A stretch of DNA of 24,865 nt, taken from the IMG/VR virus record IMGVR_UViG_3300025502_001035, positions 1 through 24,865 of that record, one strand, 5' to 3'. The translations under genes and the position numbers were made by a program. This DNA comes from a virus (taxonomy: Duplodnaviria > Caudoviricetes). Within the stretch, counting starts at the first letter, position 1; the number at the start of each line of letters is the position of its first letter. Shown piece after piece: positions 16,197 through 24,599 of this stretch. The notes beneath the pieces are model-generated. The model had not been told where the DNA came from and made no database searches. It saw nothing but the letters and a program-made list of their open reading frames with translations.

Positions 16197-17255
16197 ATGG
16201 CCTGCGGCGGACTTCTGACTTCAATGTTAATGACAGTAGGTGCTAGCCTATTGAAAGGAGTCGGAGAAGGCTTAATAAAAAGTTCAGGCATTGGTAGTGC
16301 AATATCTAAATTAGGATCAAATTTCCCAGGATTTAATACAATAACAGAAGCCATTGGGGCCGCTAGCGGCCAAGGTGGAACAGCCTTGATATCAATGGGA
16401 GGTCTTACATTTCCAGGAGTTGGTAATGCAGTACCTAGCAGTTTCTTAAGTAATCTAGGCAGTAATTTTAGTATGACAGGTCTTATTAATAATACAGCAG
16501 ATCAGATAATGGGAGTTGACCTCGGCGTATTCACTCAACACTTTAATGCCGCAGATGCATTAGTCCAAGGGTCAAATCAATTTATAACTGCTCTCCAAAG
16601 TTTTGCCGGTGAGACATTTTCTTCATATAGTCAGAATAGTTTAATGACAGGGGCACTAACAGATGCCAACAAAGCCCTACCATCATTTGGCACTGACATG
16701 TTTAATGTAGGTAATATTGTTAACTTAGCAGATCTAAATAATCTAGGAAATCCGTTAAGCCTTGTTAAAAATTTAAGCCAGCAATCCGGCGGACTTGCTG
16801 TTCTAAATAAAAGTCTATTAAATGCAGGTATTGATCCTAACTATCTTAACACAGTACTGAATTCAACAGATGTTGGGGCATTAACTAATGCTACCTTAGG
16901 CGACGCCCTAGGAACAGGTGGCCTGGTAGAGTTCGCTGGCACAAGAAATTCTCAAGACTTATTAAGTGGTGGAAGTACAAATTATGCCACCTTAGGAAGT
17001 GCTCCTGCATCTAAAGGACTAATGAGTGCTGTATATGATGCGATGGCTAATATTAAAGGAGAAGACCTGGCCCAGGTACAGGCTATATTAGGAAGTAATG
17101 TATCAGGACTAGTAACAATGCAAGACATGTTAGATCCTGGTAAGATACTACCAAATAGTTTTCCTAGTCTTGCATCAATTCCTTCAGCTGGAACAGAAGC
17201 CGGTGCAAGTCAGCAATCAACAGCCGCAAGTTCATTGAGTAGGGTTTACGTATAA
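16197..17255 (+). CDS. Gly/Ser/Leu-rich hypothetical protein, probably virion structural
   Basis: 352 aa, directly downstream of the PAAR gene; low-charge composition. Confidence 0.6.
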   Translation: MACGGLLTSMLMTVGASLLKGVGEGLIKSSGIGSAISKLGSNFPGFNTITEAIGAASGQGGTALISMGGLTFPGVGNAVPSSFLSNLGSNFSMTGLINNTADQIMGVDLGVFTQHFNAADALVQGSNQFITALQSFAGETFSSYSQNSLMTGALTDANKALPSFGTDMFNVGNIVNLADLNNLGNPLSLVKNLSQQSGGLAVLNKSLLNAGIDPNYLNTVLNSTDVGALTNATLGDALGTGGLVEFAGTRNSQDLLSGGSTNYATLGSAPASKGLMSAVYDAMANIKGEDLAQVQAILGSNVSGLVTMQDMLDPGKILPNSFPSLASIPSAGTEAGASQQSTAASSLSRVYV

Positions 17256-18310
17256 TGGCAACACTAAACGAAAAATTTAACGGATTAGGACAAGAGCTAT
17301 ACACTGCTCTGCCTGAAGATATTGCAGATGCTAACAAAGCATTAGCAAGAGCACTAGGACAAATTAAAAATGTATTTGAACTAACAACTAGTCAACTAGG
17401 AGAGGTGGCACCAACTCTTGAAACAACTAAAGGATTGAGTTTAATTAGTAGTGGAGGCGGATTAGATCAAGATGTAATTGATTTTTACACTGTGGACTTA
17501 GCCACTGGCAGTGGACAAAATGGAGAATTGTTATTAACTGATGTTATTGGAACAGCCGCTGGCTGGGTCCACGTAGACGAACTTAATGCAGAAGCTAGTA
17601 GACTTAAAGCTATAAACGATCTGGGTGAATTTGATGATTTACAAGCATGGCCCGAACCTAAGGAATATGACAATGCTGGAAATGGAATGTATACTGTCTT
17701 GCATTATCATTGGGTAAGCAATGCTTATTACACTCCTATAGTTAACCCATTAGTTCTTGACGACGAAGGTAATCCAACAATAACACCTCAATGGACATTG
17801 CCATCTAAGATAACACTTACTGCATCTAAGGCCGCAACGTATTCTAGTAGATTAGGATTAAGCAATGCAGTATGTGAACTAGTAAACAATGAAATAGAAC
17901 GTATAGCTAACGCATATCCATTACAAGCAGGTCAGAGTATAACATCGTTTACTAACATGGGTAATCAGATGACAAAAGAAAAAACAAATAGAGCGGCCGC
18001 AGGAATAGTACCAGCTGACACACAAACAGGAACTAAAACTCCTGTGCAAGGATTAGTTAGTAACTTACACAGCATAGGTCAAGACACTAGTTTAGGTGGC
18101 AGTGCTTATGTATTAGAAAAACTTGCTGATACTAGTATCAAAGGTGGTCAAGCAGTAATAGCCGCAATGCGAGAAGGACGTAACATACAAAGATTGGCGA
18201 ATGCTGGAATACCAAGTTCACTGTTTGCAACATCTGCCTCTAAAACAACACAACAAGCAACTTTGCTTACATCAACATACACAGTTGATGAAGCAAAAGC
18301 TGATTTATAA
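17255..18310 (+). CDS. hypothetical protein, probably virion structural
   Basis: 351 aa, TAATG-coupled to the previous gene. Confidence 0.6.
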   Translation: MATLNEKFNGLGQELYTALPEDIADANKALARALGQIKNVFELTTSQLGEVAPTLETTKGLSLISSGGGLDQDVIDFYTVDLATGSGQNGELLLTDVIGTAAGWVHVDELNAEASRLKAINDLGEFDDLQAWPEPKEYDNAGNGMYTVLHYHWVSNAYYTPIVNPLVLDDEGNPTITPQWTLPSKITLTASKAATYSSRLGLSNAVCELVNNEIERIANAYPLQAGQSITSFTNMGNQMTKEKTNRAAAGIVPADTQTGTKTPVQGLVSNLHSIGQDTSLGGSAYVLEKLADTSIKGGQAVIAAMREGRNIQRLANAGIPSSLFATSASKTTQQATLLTSTYTVDEAKADL

Positions 18311-18321
18311 CTTAATAAGTG

Positions 18322-18349
18322 TTGACATCAATTATACAGACTGTATAAT
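18322..18349 (+). promoter_or_regulatory. sigma70-like promoter
   Basis: TTGACA-N16-TATAAT; ATG follows 6 nt later, so the mRNA is probably leaderless. Confidence 0.7.
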
Positions 18350-18355
18350 AAATTT

Positions 18356-18787
18356 ATGAAATACTTTTCCTATGCGTTAACTGTAAACGAATTTACTATG
18401 ATAGATATTTGTCCCGATGCAGTTCGTTTTGGCCCTAGCACTTTACATGGTCATGAACTACGCTTTGCAGAGTCAGCAGATATTATTCATAATATACAAT
18501 CAACCGTTGACGGAATACTATGGGAAATTCCTGAAGAATACATTGATATGATTACTACTATAGAACATCATGATGATAAACAACAGGTACTAGTTTCATT
18601 TGGAAAACAAACAATTAGAGCATGGGTGTCAAAAAGAAAAATGCACATACCTCCTGATGTCCCATCATGGGAATATTGGGAAGAACTTGAAGATGCTTAT
18701 GATCAACAAGGATTACCAATAATGCAAATAGTGAAAGCAATTGATTCAATTGAATATTATATAGATACAGGAATAAAAAATGATTGA
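18356..18787 (+). CDS. gamma-glutamylcyclotransferase-like protein (divergent)
   Basis: YFSY...M...CPDA..LHGHELRF..DI..VDGILWEI pattern; the YGS loop is replaced by YAL. Confidence 0.65.
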   Translation: MKYFSYALTVNEFTMIDICPDAVRFGPSTLHGHELRFAESADIIHNIQSTVDGILWEIPEEYIDMITTIEHHDDKQQVLVSFGKQTIRAWVSKRKMHIPPDVPSWEYWEELEDAYDQQGLPIMQIVKAIDSIEYYIDTGIKND

Positions 18788-19130
18788 AGGAAAAGTATGG
18801 GGAAATACTGAGGTAATTGAAGCCAATTCAAGTCTGGAGTTTCATAGAATTGACATTAAGAAGGGTGGAACTTGTTCCAAGCACAAGCACAAATATAAAT
18901 GGAACGGATTTTATGTAATGTCTGGAGAGCTGTCTGTTAAGGTATGGAAGAATAATTATGACCTAATAGACGAAACAATATTAACTCAAGGACAATGGAC
19001 CAGAATTGCTCCAGGAGAAATGCATCAGTTTGAAGCACTTGCTGATACAATAGCATTTGAACTGTATTGGGCCAATTTTGATCATAACGATATTGAAAGA
19101 GAATCAGTAGGCCACTTATCAAGTGAATGA
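18780..19130 (+). CDS. cupin-domain protein
   Basis: GKVWG, CSKHKH...FYVMSG and IAPGEMHQF. Confidence 0.8.
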   Translation: MIEGKVWGNTEVIEANSSLEFHRIDIKKGGTCSKHKHKYKWNGFYVMSGELSVKVWKNNYDLIDETILTQGQWTRIAPGEMHQFEALADTIAFELYWANFDHNDIERESVGHLSSE

Positions 19131-19773
19131 AGAACTGCATAATCACCTAGCTGGACTAGACCATACTAATCATTATGGTGGAGGAATGTTATCGCCTGAT
19201 GGTAAGTCGTTTTACGTAAACATACCTAAGAATGCTACCTCGTTTATTACTCAATGGTTATCAGAAAACAATTGGAAATTTCCACCTGGTGGAAATGCCG
19301 TTGAGGAAGTTGTTGTGGTCCTGCGTGATCCAATAGAACGTTTTGTGTCAGGATTCTGTCAATACATACAAGGAAGTATTCTATATCCAACATTTGGTAA
19401 CATCGGACAGCCTTTCTCCATTAAAGAACTAACCAATTATTGGCCAATGGTCGAACGTTTTATGGCAAACCAAGTTGTATGGTTTGATGATCATACATGG
19501 TTCCAGCACTATTATATTAAAGATGTATTACCTAATATTCCGCGTCGATATTTCTGGCTAGATAAAACTCAATTAACCATTGACCTTAAACAGGCATATA
19601 ATCTCAATGATCCTAGCCCGCAGGTACTTGCTGATACAAACGTCAGTAAAGGTGAGGCTATAGAGATACAACAACTGATTAGAGGAAGTCTAGATAATCC
19701 GGTAATACTTGAACGAGTTAAAGAAATCCTTGCACCTGACTATGCAATCATTAGTAAGGCCTTGACAAAATAA
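19123..19773 (+). CDS. sulfotransferase family 2-like protein
   Basis: YVNIPKNATSF (5'-PSB-like), LRDPIERFVSG (3'-PB-like) and DDHTWFQ. Confidence 0.7.
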   Translation: MNEELHNHLAGLDHTNHYGGGMLSPDGKSFYVNIPKNATSFITQWLSENNWKFPPGGNAVEEVVVVLRDPIERFVSGFCQYIQGSILYPTFGNIGQPFSIKELTNYWPMVERFMANQVVWFDDHTWFQHYYIKDVLPNIPRRYFWLDKTQLTIDLKQAYNLNDPSPQVLADTNVSKGEAIEIQQLIRGSLDNPVILERVKEILAPDYAIISKALTK

Positions 19774-19790
19774 TTAAATGACGTTATAAT
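19762..19790 (+). promoter_or_regulatory. consensus sigma70 promoter
   Basis: TTGACA-N17-TATAAT; TAAATA also present at 19809-19814. Confidence 0.8.
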
Positions 19791-19838
19791 ATATACACTT
19801 AAATGCCGTAAATAGTTAAACGAAAGGAGAATAAAGGT

Positions 19839-20459
19839 ATGAAGTTAACCTTGAAGGTACTGTACGCAACACTAGCAATGATAATATTAGGATCAATAAT
19901 TTTAGGCCCACATGTGATTAGAGTAGTTCAGGCCAATCAACAAGCTCATGAAATTGCTGAGAATATCACTAAATTAGAACAAGAAGAACAAACACGTATT
20001 GCTCATGAATTGCTTGTTCGAGAAGAGAGGTGGATGACAGAAATCGGATGCCTGGCTCGCAATGTTTATTATGAGGCAAGAGGTGAAAGCAGAGAAGGAC
20101 AACTAGCAGTTGCTCTGGTCACAATAAACAGAACTGAGAACAACATGTTTCCAAACAGTATTTGCGGAGTTGTTAATGAACGCAAAAAATCTAAAGGTGA
20201 ACTAGTTTGCCAATTTAGCTGGCGGTGTGAAGCACATACTAATCCAAAGAAAACAGTACGACAACAACATGAGAGTTATCAAGTGGCATTACAGGCAATT
20301 CAGCAATACGATTATCTATCAACAACACTAGTACCAAAAAGTACATACTGGTTCCATGCTAATTATGTAAAACCTACCTGGCGTAAAGTCAAACAACGAA
20401 TAGTTAGAATTGATAATCACATCTTTTATAAACAAAAACCTGGTGACCATCGTCGATAA
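19839..20459 (+). CDS. cell wall hydrolase, SleB/Hydrolase_2 family, with N-terminal membrane anchor
   Basis: CLARNVYYEARGE, GQLAVA.VTINR, FPNSICGVV, CQFSW and IDNHIFY; AAGGAG RBS. Confidence 0.9.
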   Translation: MKLTLKVLYATLAMIILGSIILGPHVIRVVQANQQAHEIAENITKLEQEEQTRIAHELLVREERWMTEIGCLARNVYYEARGESREGQLAVALVTINRTENNMFPNSICGVVNERKKSKGELVCQFSWRCEAHTNPKKTVRQQHESYQVALQAIQQYDYLSTTLVPKSTYWFHANYVKPTWRKVKQRIVRIDNHIFYKQKPGDHRR

Positions 20460-20533
20460 TTGTTGTTAAAAAATCCCTAAAAAATAACAACAACCAAAAT
20501 TGTTGTTAAAAAACAACAGGAAATTAACAACAA
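20458..20533. repeat. two 40-bp-period units, each TTGTTGTTA-N16-TAACAACAA
   Basis: AATTGTTGTTAAAAAA at 20458 and 20498; TAACAACAA at 20485 and 20525. Confidence 0.9.
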
Positions 20534-20560
20534 ATACCTCTAAAAAAGAGGTATTTTTTT
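20532..20560 (+). terminator. Rho-independent terminator
   Basis: AAATACCTCT-AAAAA-AGAGGTATTT followed by more Ts. Confidence 0.85.
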
Positions 20561-20571
20561 GGATAAAATGG

Positions 20572-20600
20572 TTGACCAATAAATCCAGAACTGCTATAAT
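20572..20600 (+). promoter_or_regulatory. strong early sigma70-type promoter
   Basis: TTGACC-N17-TATAAT with extended -10 TGn. Confidence 0.8.
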
Positions 20601-20648
20601 GTATTTAAGAAGTTAGGAAAGTAAGTTAATTATTTAGGGGTAGATAAA

Positions 20649-21092
20649 ATGACTGTATCAACTGAAAATCCAACATTAGCAAAACTAGAAGAAAAGTACA
20701 ACTCAACAGAGTTACGTGTTAATCCATTTGAAAAACAAGGTGGTAGAACATTTACAGATACTGTAGGTGAACGTAACCGTGACGGAGTTTGTATATTAGG
20801 TGATCGTCCAGATGATTACACAACCATTGACAGTATAGTTAGATGGGTTAGCAATGATAGTGTTCCTCCAATAGATATTTTAGAAATGGCAGTGGTTGAT
20901 GGTACTATTACATTTGACGAGTTTCTTACTTCAGTTGAAGTTAGCTCTAAGGAAAGTGCTGAACATCTTGAAGCATATTTTAACATGCGTGCGAAACATG
21001 GTTATTCAGAAGAAGAAAAAGCTGAGATGCGTGCTAACTTTGGTGACGAAGAGGTAGTTGATATCATCACTGGTCAACAGGTAGCTATATAA
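20649..21092 (+). CDS. hypothetical (early) protein
   Basis: 147-aa acidic ORF with AGGGG RBS. Confidence 0.75.
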   Translation: MTVSTENPTLAKLEEKYNSTELRVNPFEKQGGRTFTDTVGERNRDGVCILGDRPDDYTTIDSIVRWVSNDSVPPIDILEMAVVDGTITFDEFLTSVEVSSKESAEHLEAYFNMRAKHGYSEEEKAEMRANFGDEEVVDIITGQQVAI

Positions 21093-21373
21093 TGGAATAT
21101 TTCTTTTTAGCATTTGTGGGCTTGGTATTAATAGTATCTTTAGCAACACACGGAATATTTGGTACATTATTGATTATGGGTGTTGGTTACGGCATCGGTT
21201 GGTATTTTTGGGGTGAAGGTGCCGGAGTTATAATTGCAGGCTTCTTAGTTTTTATGTCAGTAGCTGGAGGCGACAGTACTAATTTTAGAGTAAGAAGAAC
21301 TAATTGGAGTCCGGAACTTAAAAAGAAAAACGGATTCATTGAAGACTTTGACATTGACATCCATAAGAAATAA
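21092..21373 (+). CDS. small membrane protein
   Basis: Gly-rich hydrophobic N-terminal ~58 aa (2-3 TM helices) and a charged tail. Confidence 0.7.
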   Translation: MEYFFLAFVGLVLIVSLATHGIFGTLLIMGVGYGIGWYFWGEGAGVIIAGFLVFMSVAGGDSTNFRVRRTNWSPELKKKNGFIEDFDIDIHKK

Positions 21374-21375
21374 TA

Positions 21376-21756
21376 ATGAATAGACCAACTACAAGCACTG
21401 AGGTAACAGTAACTACAGAAAGCCGTATGCGAAGTGTGTACGGTGACTATGGGTACCATGAGATTACAGGAACTGTGATAGCTAGTCCTAAATGGTTAAA
21501 GCCAAATGAGTTTGCTGTTAGCAATACTGAACACCCAAATGGCTTTTCAGTTATTAGTTTAGATCATGTGGTAGACATTAGAGATGTCAATGGCCGCGAA
21601 CTTAAATTTACTACAGATAATTCAGTAAGAGTTTGGGCAATTACAGGTAGCAAAGGCGACAAATATACTGTAACATTAGAAGATGCTAATTACAGATGCA
21701 CATGCCCAGGCTTTCAATATAGAAAACATTGTAGACATATAACGGAATGTATATAG
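21376..21756 (+). CDS. SWIM zinc-finger protein
   Basis: GSKGDKYTV...CTCPGFQYRKHCRH (CxC...CxH). Confidence 0.8.
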   Translation: MNRPTTSTEVTVTTESRMRSVYGDYGYHEITGTVIASPKWLKPNEFAVSNTEHPNGFSVISLDHVVDIRDVNGRELKFTTDNSVRVWAITGSKGDKYTVTLEDANYRCTCPGFQYRKHCRHITECI

Positions 21757-21764
21757 GACTTAAA

Positions 21765-23078
21765 ATGCAACCATGGGATATAATACAACTGCTTGAAGCA
21801 GACAACAGTAGATTAGCGAAGGAAAAGATACTTCGTGATGAAGCTGGTTGTGCGAATCAAGAGTTTTTTTCCGGAGTTCGACTAGCCCTCGATCCACTCA
21901 CTACATTTGGTATTAAAAAAGTAGCAGAATCAGTTACGAGTGGACCTGGGTTAGATTGGACCACATTTAAGCAAGCCTGTGATGGATTTACATCACGAGA
22001 AGTAACAGGTAATTCAGCCCAAGAAGTTCTACAAGAACTTATGAAGACAGCTACACAAGAACAATGGAACAATTGGTATCGCAGGATATTAATTAAAGAT
22101 TTGCGTTGTGGTGTGAGTGAAAAGACTGTGAATAACGTAGTCAAAAAAGATTACCCCTCTTACGTTATTCCGGTCTTCACTTGCCAACTAGCACACGATG
22201 GTGCTAATCATGAAAAGAAGATTGCAGGTAAAAAACAATTAGAAGTTAAACTTGATGGCGTTAGAGTTATTTGTATTCTACATAAAGATCGCCGTCCAGA
22301 AGTGTTTAGTCGTAACGGTAAACAGTTTCATAATTTTGAACATATTGTTGATCAACTAGCACATGTTGTTCAGACTTATGGTATCGCATGCGATAGGATA
22401 TTAGATGGTGAGGTTATGTCCAACTCTTTTCAGGACTTAATGAAACAAGTACACCGTAAAACTAATGTCCAATCTAACGATGCCGTCCTACATTGTTTTG
22501 ATATGATTACTCTTGAAGAGTTTCAACAAGGTGGATCACTTGTTCCACAATATGTTCGTTCAGGACTAGTTAAAGAGTTCATTGATGGGAATCAAGAGGA
22601 ATTACCAAACGTAGCAGTATTAGATTGGATTAATGTTGACTTAGACACTCCTGAAGGTCAAGAATCGCTTAAACAGGTCAACAAGCAGGCTATTGACGGC
22701 GGGTATGAGGGTATTATGATTAAAGATCCAAGAGCAGGATATGAATGTAAGCGTAGTCATAGTTGGCTTAAAATGAAACCGTTTATTGAAGTAACATTAG
22801 TAGTTGAGGACGTTGAAGAAGGCACTGGACGTAACCAAGGACGATTGGGTGCTTTAATTTGTAAAGGAGAAGATGATGGACATATTATTAGCGTTAATTG
22901 CGGCAGTGGCTTTTCTGATAGCGATCGCGACAGTTTCTGGGATTCCAGGACCGACCTTATTGGAAGTTTGGTCGAAGTTAGAGCAGATGCGATCACGCAA
23001 AACCAAGACCAAACGTACTCGTTAAGATTTCCTAGATTTAAAGGATTCCGTGGCACGGAGCCAGGCGAGAAATTATAA
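21765..23078 (+). CDS. lig: ATP-dependent DNA ligase
   Basis: KLDGVR (motif I), LDGE, FD, EGIMIK, WLKMK and SLRFPRF; start at 21765 chosen from the AGGA RBS. Confidence 0.95.
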   Translation: MQPWDIIQLLEADNSRLAKEKILRDEAGCANQEFFSGVRLALDPLTTFGIKKVAESVTSGPGLDWTTFKQACDGFTSREVTGNSAQEVLQELMKTATQEQWNNWYRRILIKDLRCGVSEKTVNNVVKKDYPSYVIPVFTCQLAHDGANHEKKIAGKKQLEVKLDGVRVICILHKDRRPEVFSRNGKQFHNFEHIVDQLAHVVQTYGIACDRILDGEVMSNSFQDLMKQVHRKTNVQSNDAVLHCFDMITLEEFQQGGSLVPQYVRSGLVKEFIDGNQEELPNVAVLDWINVDLDTPEGQESLKQVNKQAIDGGYEGIMIKDPRAGYECKRSHSWLKMKPFIEVTLVVEDVEEGTGRNQGRLGALICKGEDDGHIISVNCGSGFSDSDRDSFWDSRTDLIGSLVEVRADAITQNQDQTYSLRFPRFKGFRGTEPGEKL

Positions 23079-23365
23079 TGAAATATAAACTTCCGATCCT
23101 ATATAGTCAAGCAACTTCAAAAGAACGTAGACTTGTTAGGGAACAGTATGTGGAAGAACAACACGGACTTTGCTATTGGTGCAAGTCCCCTCTAGATAGT
23201 AAACCAACAGTTGACATCACAAATAAAAAGATAAATTGGGAACTTTTTCCACCTTTCTTTCTTAAACATCCTATACACTTACAACATGATCATGCAAGTG
23301 ATCTAACAGAAGGTGCTGTCCATGCCTATTGCAATGCAGTCATGTGGCAATATCACGATAGGTAG
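23078..23365 (+). CDS. endonuclease VII/HNH-like small protein
   Basis: QHGLCYWC...HLQHDH...GAVHAYCN beta-beta-alpha-metal-like pattern. Confidence 0.65.
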   Translation: MKYKLPILYSQATSKERRLVREQYVEEQHGLCYWCKSPLDSKPTVDITNKKINWELFPPFFLKHPIHLQHDHASDLTEGAVHAYCNAVMWQYHDR

Positions 23366-23370
23366 GCATT

Positions 23371-23517
23371 ATGAGTATTCCACAAAAACCTAAACCTTGG
23401 CGCCAGCGTATACGTGACTTGTTCGAAAGGGACTTACCTTTTGGACATAAAGTAGAACGTGATCGTACCAAATATACTCGAAAAGAAAAGCATAAACCAA
23501 AGGACCTTGACGAATAA
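23371..23517 (+). CDS. 48-aa basic protein with an ArfA-like motif (not in ORF track)
   Basis: MSIPQKPKPWRQRIRDLFERDLPFGHKVERDRTKYTRKEKHKPKDLDE fills the gap exactly. Confidence 0.7.
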   Translation: MSIPQKPKPWRQRIRDLFERDLPFGHKVERDRTKYTRKEKHKPKDLDE

Positions 23518-23535
23518 ATGGAAAACGTATATAAT
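23507..23535 (+). promoter_or_regulatory. sigma70-like promoter
   Basis: TTGACG-N17-TATAAT spanning a gene junction. Confidence 0.55.
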
Positions 23536-23688
23536 TGTTCAGTATGTAGCACAGATTTCGATGAATACAACGAAGGTGGAACCGTTGGTAATTTTGGTAT
23601 ACTGCCAGTAGCATTTTGTCCAACTTGTTTAGCATGTATGTGTGATATGGCACAACAACTAACAAATAACTTTGAAGAGGGAGAGTAA
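23518..23688 (+). CDS. 56-aa Cys-rich zinc-finger-like protein (not in ORF track)
   Basis: MENVYNCSVCSTDFDEYNEGGTVGNFGILPVAFCPTCLACMCDMAQQLTNNFEEGE; CxxC...CxxC; abuts neighbours on both sides. Confidence 0.7.
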   Translation: MENVYNCSVCSTDFDEYNEGGTVGNFGILPVAFCPTCLACMCDMAQQLTNNFEEGE

Positions 23689-23853
23689 ATGAATATAGCA
23701 GAGGCAGTTGCGACATTACACGATATTGCTCGTAAACTTGAAAAGAATGATGGTCAGTTATCACTTGAGATCCGCTTAATTGCTGATAGACTTAACAAAA
23801 AGAAAACATTTTTAGATGAAGATGATATGGAAGAAGTTAGGAGGGCTACATAA
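23689..23853 (+). CDS. 54-aa hypothetical protein (not in ORF track)
   Basis: MNIAEAVATLHDIARKLEKNDGQLSLEIRLIADRLNKKKTFLDEDDMEEVRRAT; GGAG RBS. Confidence 0.7.
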   Translation: MNIAEAVATLHDIARKLEKNDGQLSLEIRLIADRLNKKKTFLDEDDMEEVRRAT

Positions 23854-24413
23854 TGTTAAACATTACTTCGCTTAAACACACACTAGTTGGGAAAAAAGTA
23901 CCTAGTAAGTTCAACGGAGAAGCAGGTAGATATGTTGAAGAGTTACTTCGATTAGATGGGTTTCTTATCTCTAAGAGAGGTGTCGACTTGTATCTACACA
24001 ATCAGGGAATTGAGGTAAAGACTCGAGATATAGATTCTACTAGTCCGCACACACTTGGTACAATGATAATCAATGACATTATACAGTTACCATATGATAT
24101 GAGTCCCATGTTTGACAAATTTCAAAAACAGTTTAGGGTAAAAACTCAAAACAACGTAATTATTAGTGCTGAAATTTACAATTTTAACATTCTTCACATA
24201 CAGAGAAAGATTGAAGAAGGATACCAAGCAGGTCGCAACCAAATGATCGCCGGCAATACTAACTCCTATATTAGAGGAAACTATTGGTGCTATTGGGAAG
24301 AAATATCACCTGATGGCAATAGCTATGCGTTAAGATTTCCAAATTCTCGCATAGAAGAATTAGAGCGAATGACCAAGTCAACTTATAATACACTTTTTGA
24401 GGAGGTAGCATAA
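23853..24413 (+). CDS. PD-(D/E)XK restriction-endonuclease-like protein
   Basis: GEAGRYVEELL...GVDL...IEVKTR (E...D...ExK); AGGAGG RBS. Confidence 0.6.
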   Translation: MLNITSLKHTLVGKKVPSKFNGEAGRYVEELLRLDGFLISKRGVDLYLHNQGIEVKTRDIDSTSPHTLGTMIINDIIQLPYDMSPMFDKFQKQFRVKTQNNVIISAEIYNFNILHIQRKIEEGYQAGRNQMIAGNTNSYIRGNYWCYWEEISPDGNSYALRFPNSRIEELERMTKSTYNTLFEEVA

Positions 24414-24598
24414 TGTTAACAAAAACTTACGATGTGGTATATTGGGACGAAAGTGGAAAGAAAGAAATTGTTAACTCGTTCCCAACAATGGAAGAAGCTC
24501 AACAGGCATTCTTTAAATGTACGGAAGGTGATAAAGAAGCCCAAATTAATTCTAGCTACGATATTGAAGAAGGATACGTCGGAGTACCTGGATACTAA
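24413..24598 (+). CDS. hypothetical protein
   Basis: 61 aa with GAGGAGG RBS. Confidence 0.7.
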   Translation: MLTKTYDVVYWDESGKKEIVNSFPTMEEAQQAFFKCTEGDKEAQINSSYDIEEGYVGVPGY

Positions 24599-24599
24599 T

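Noticed and set aside
16197-17255. Tape measure protein
   Set aside because: The composition is suggestive, but it is short and shows no clear periodic repeats.
20458-20533. Mini CRISPR array
   Set aside because: Only two units with short A-rich intervening sequence, and no cas genes.
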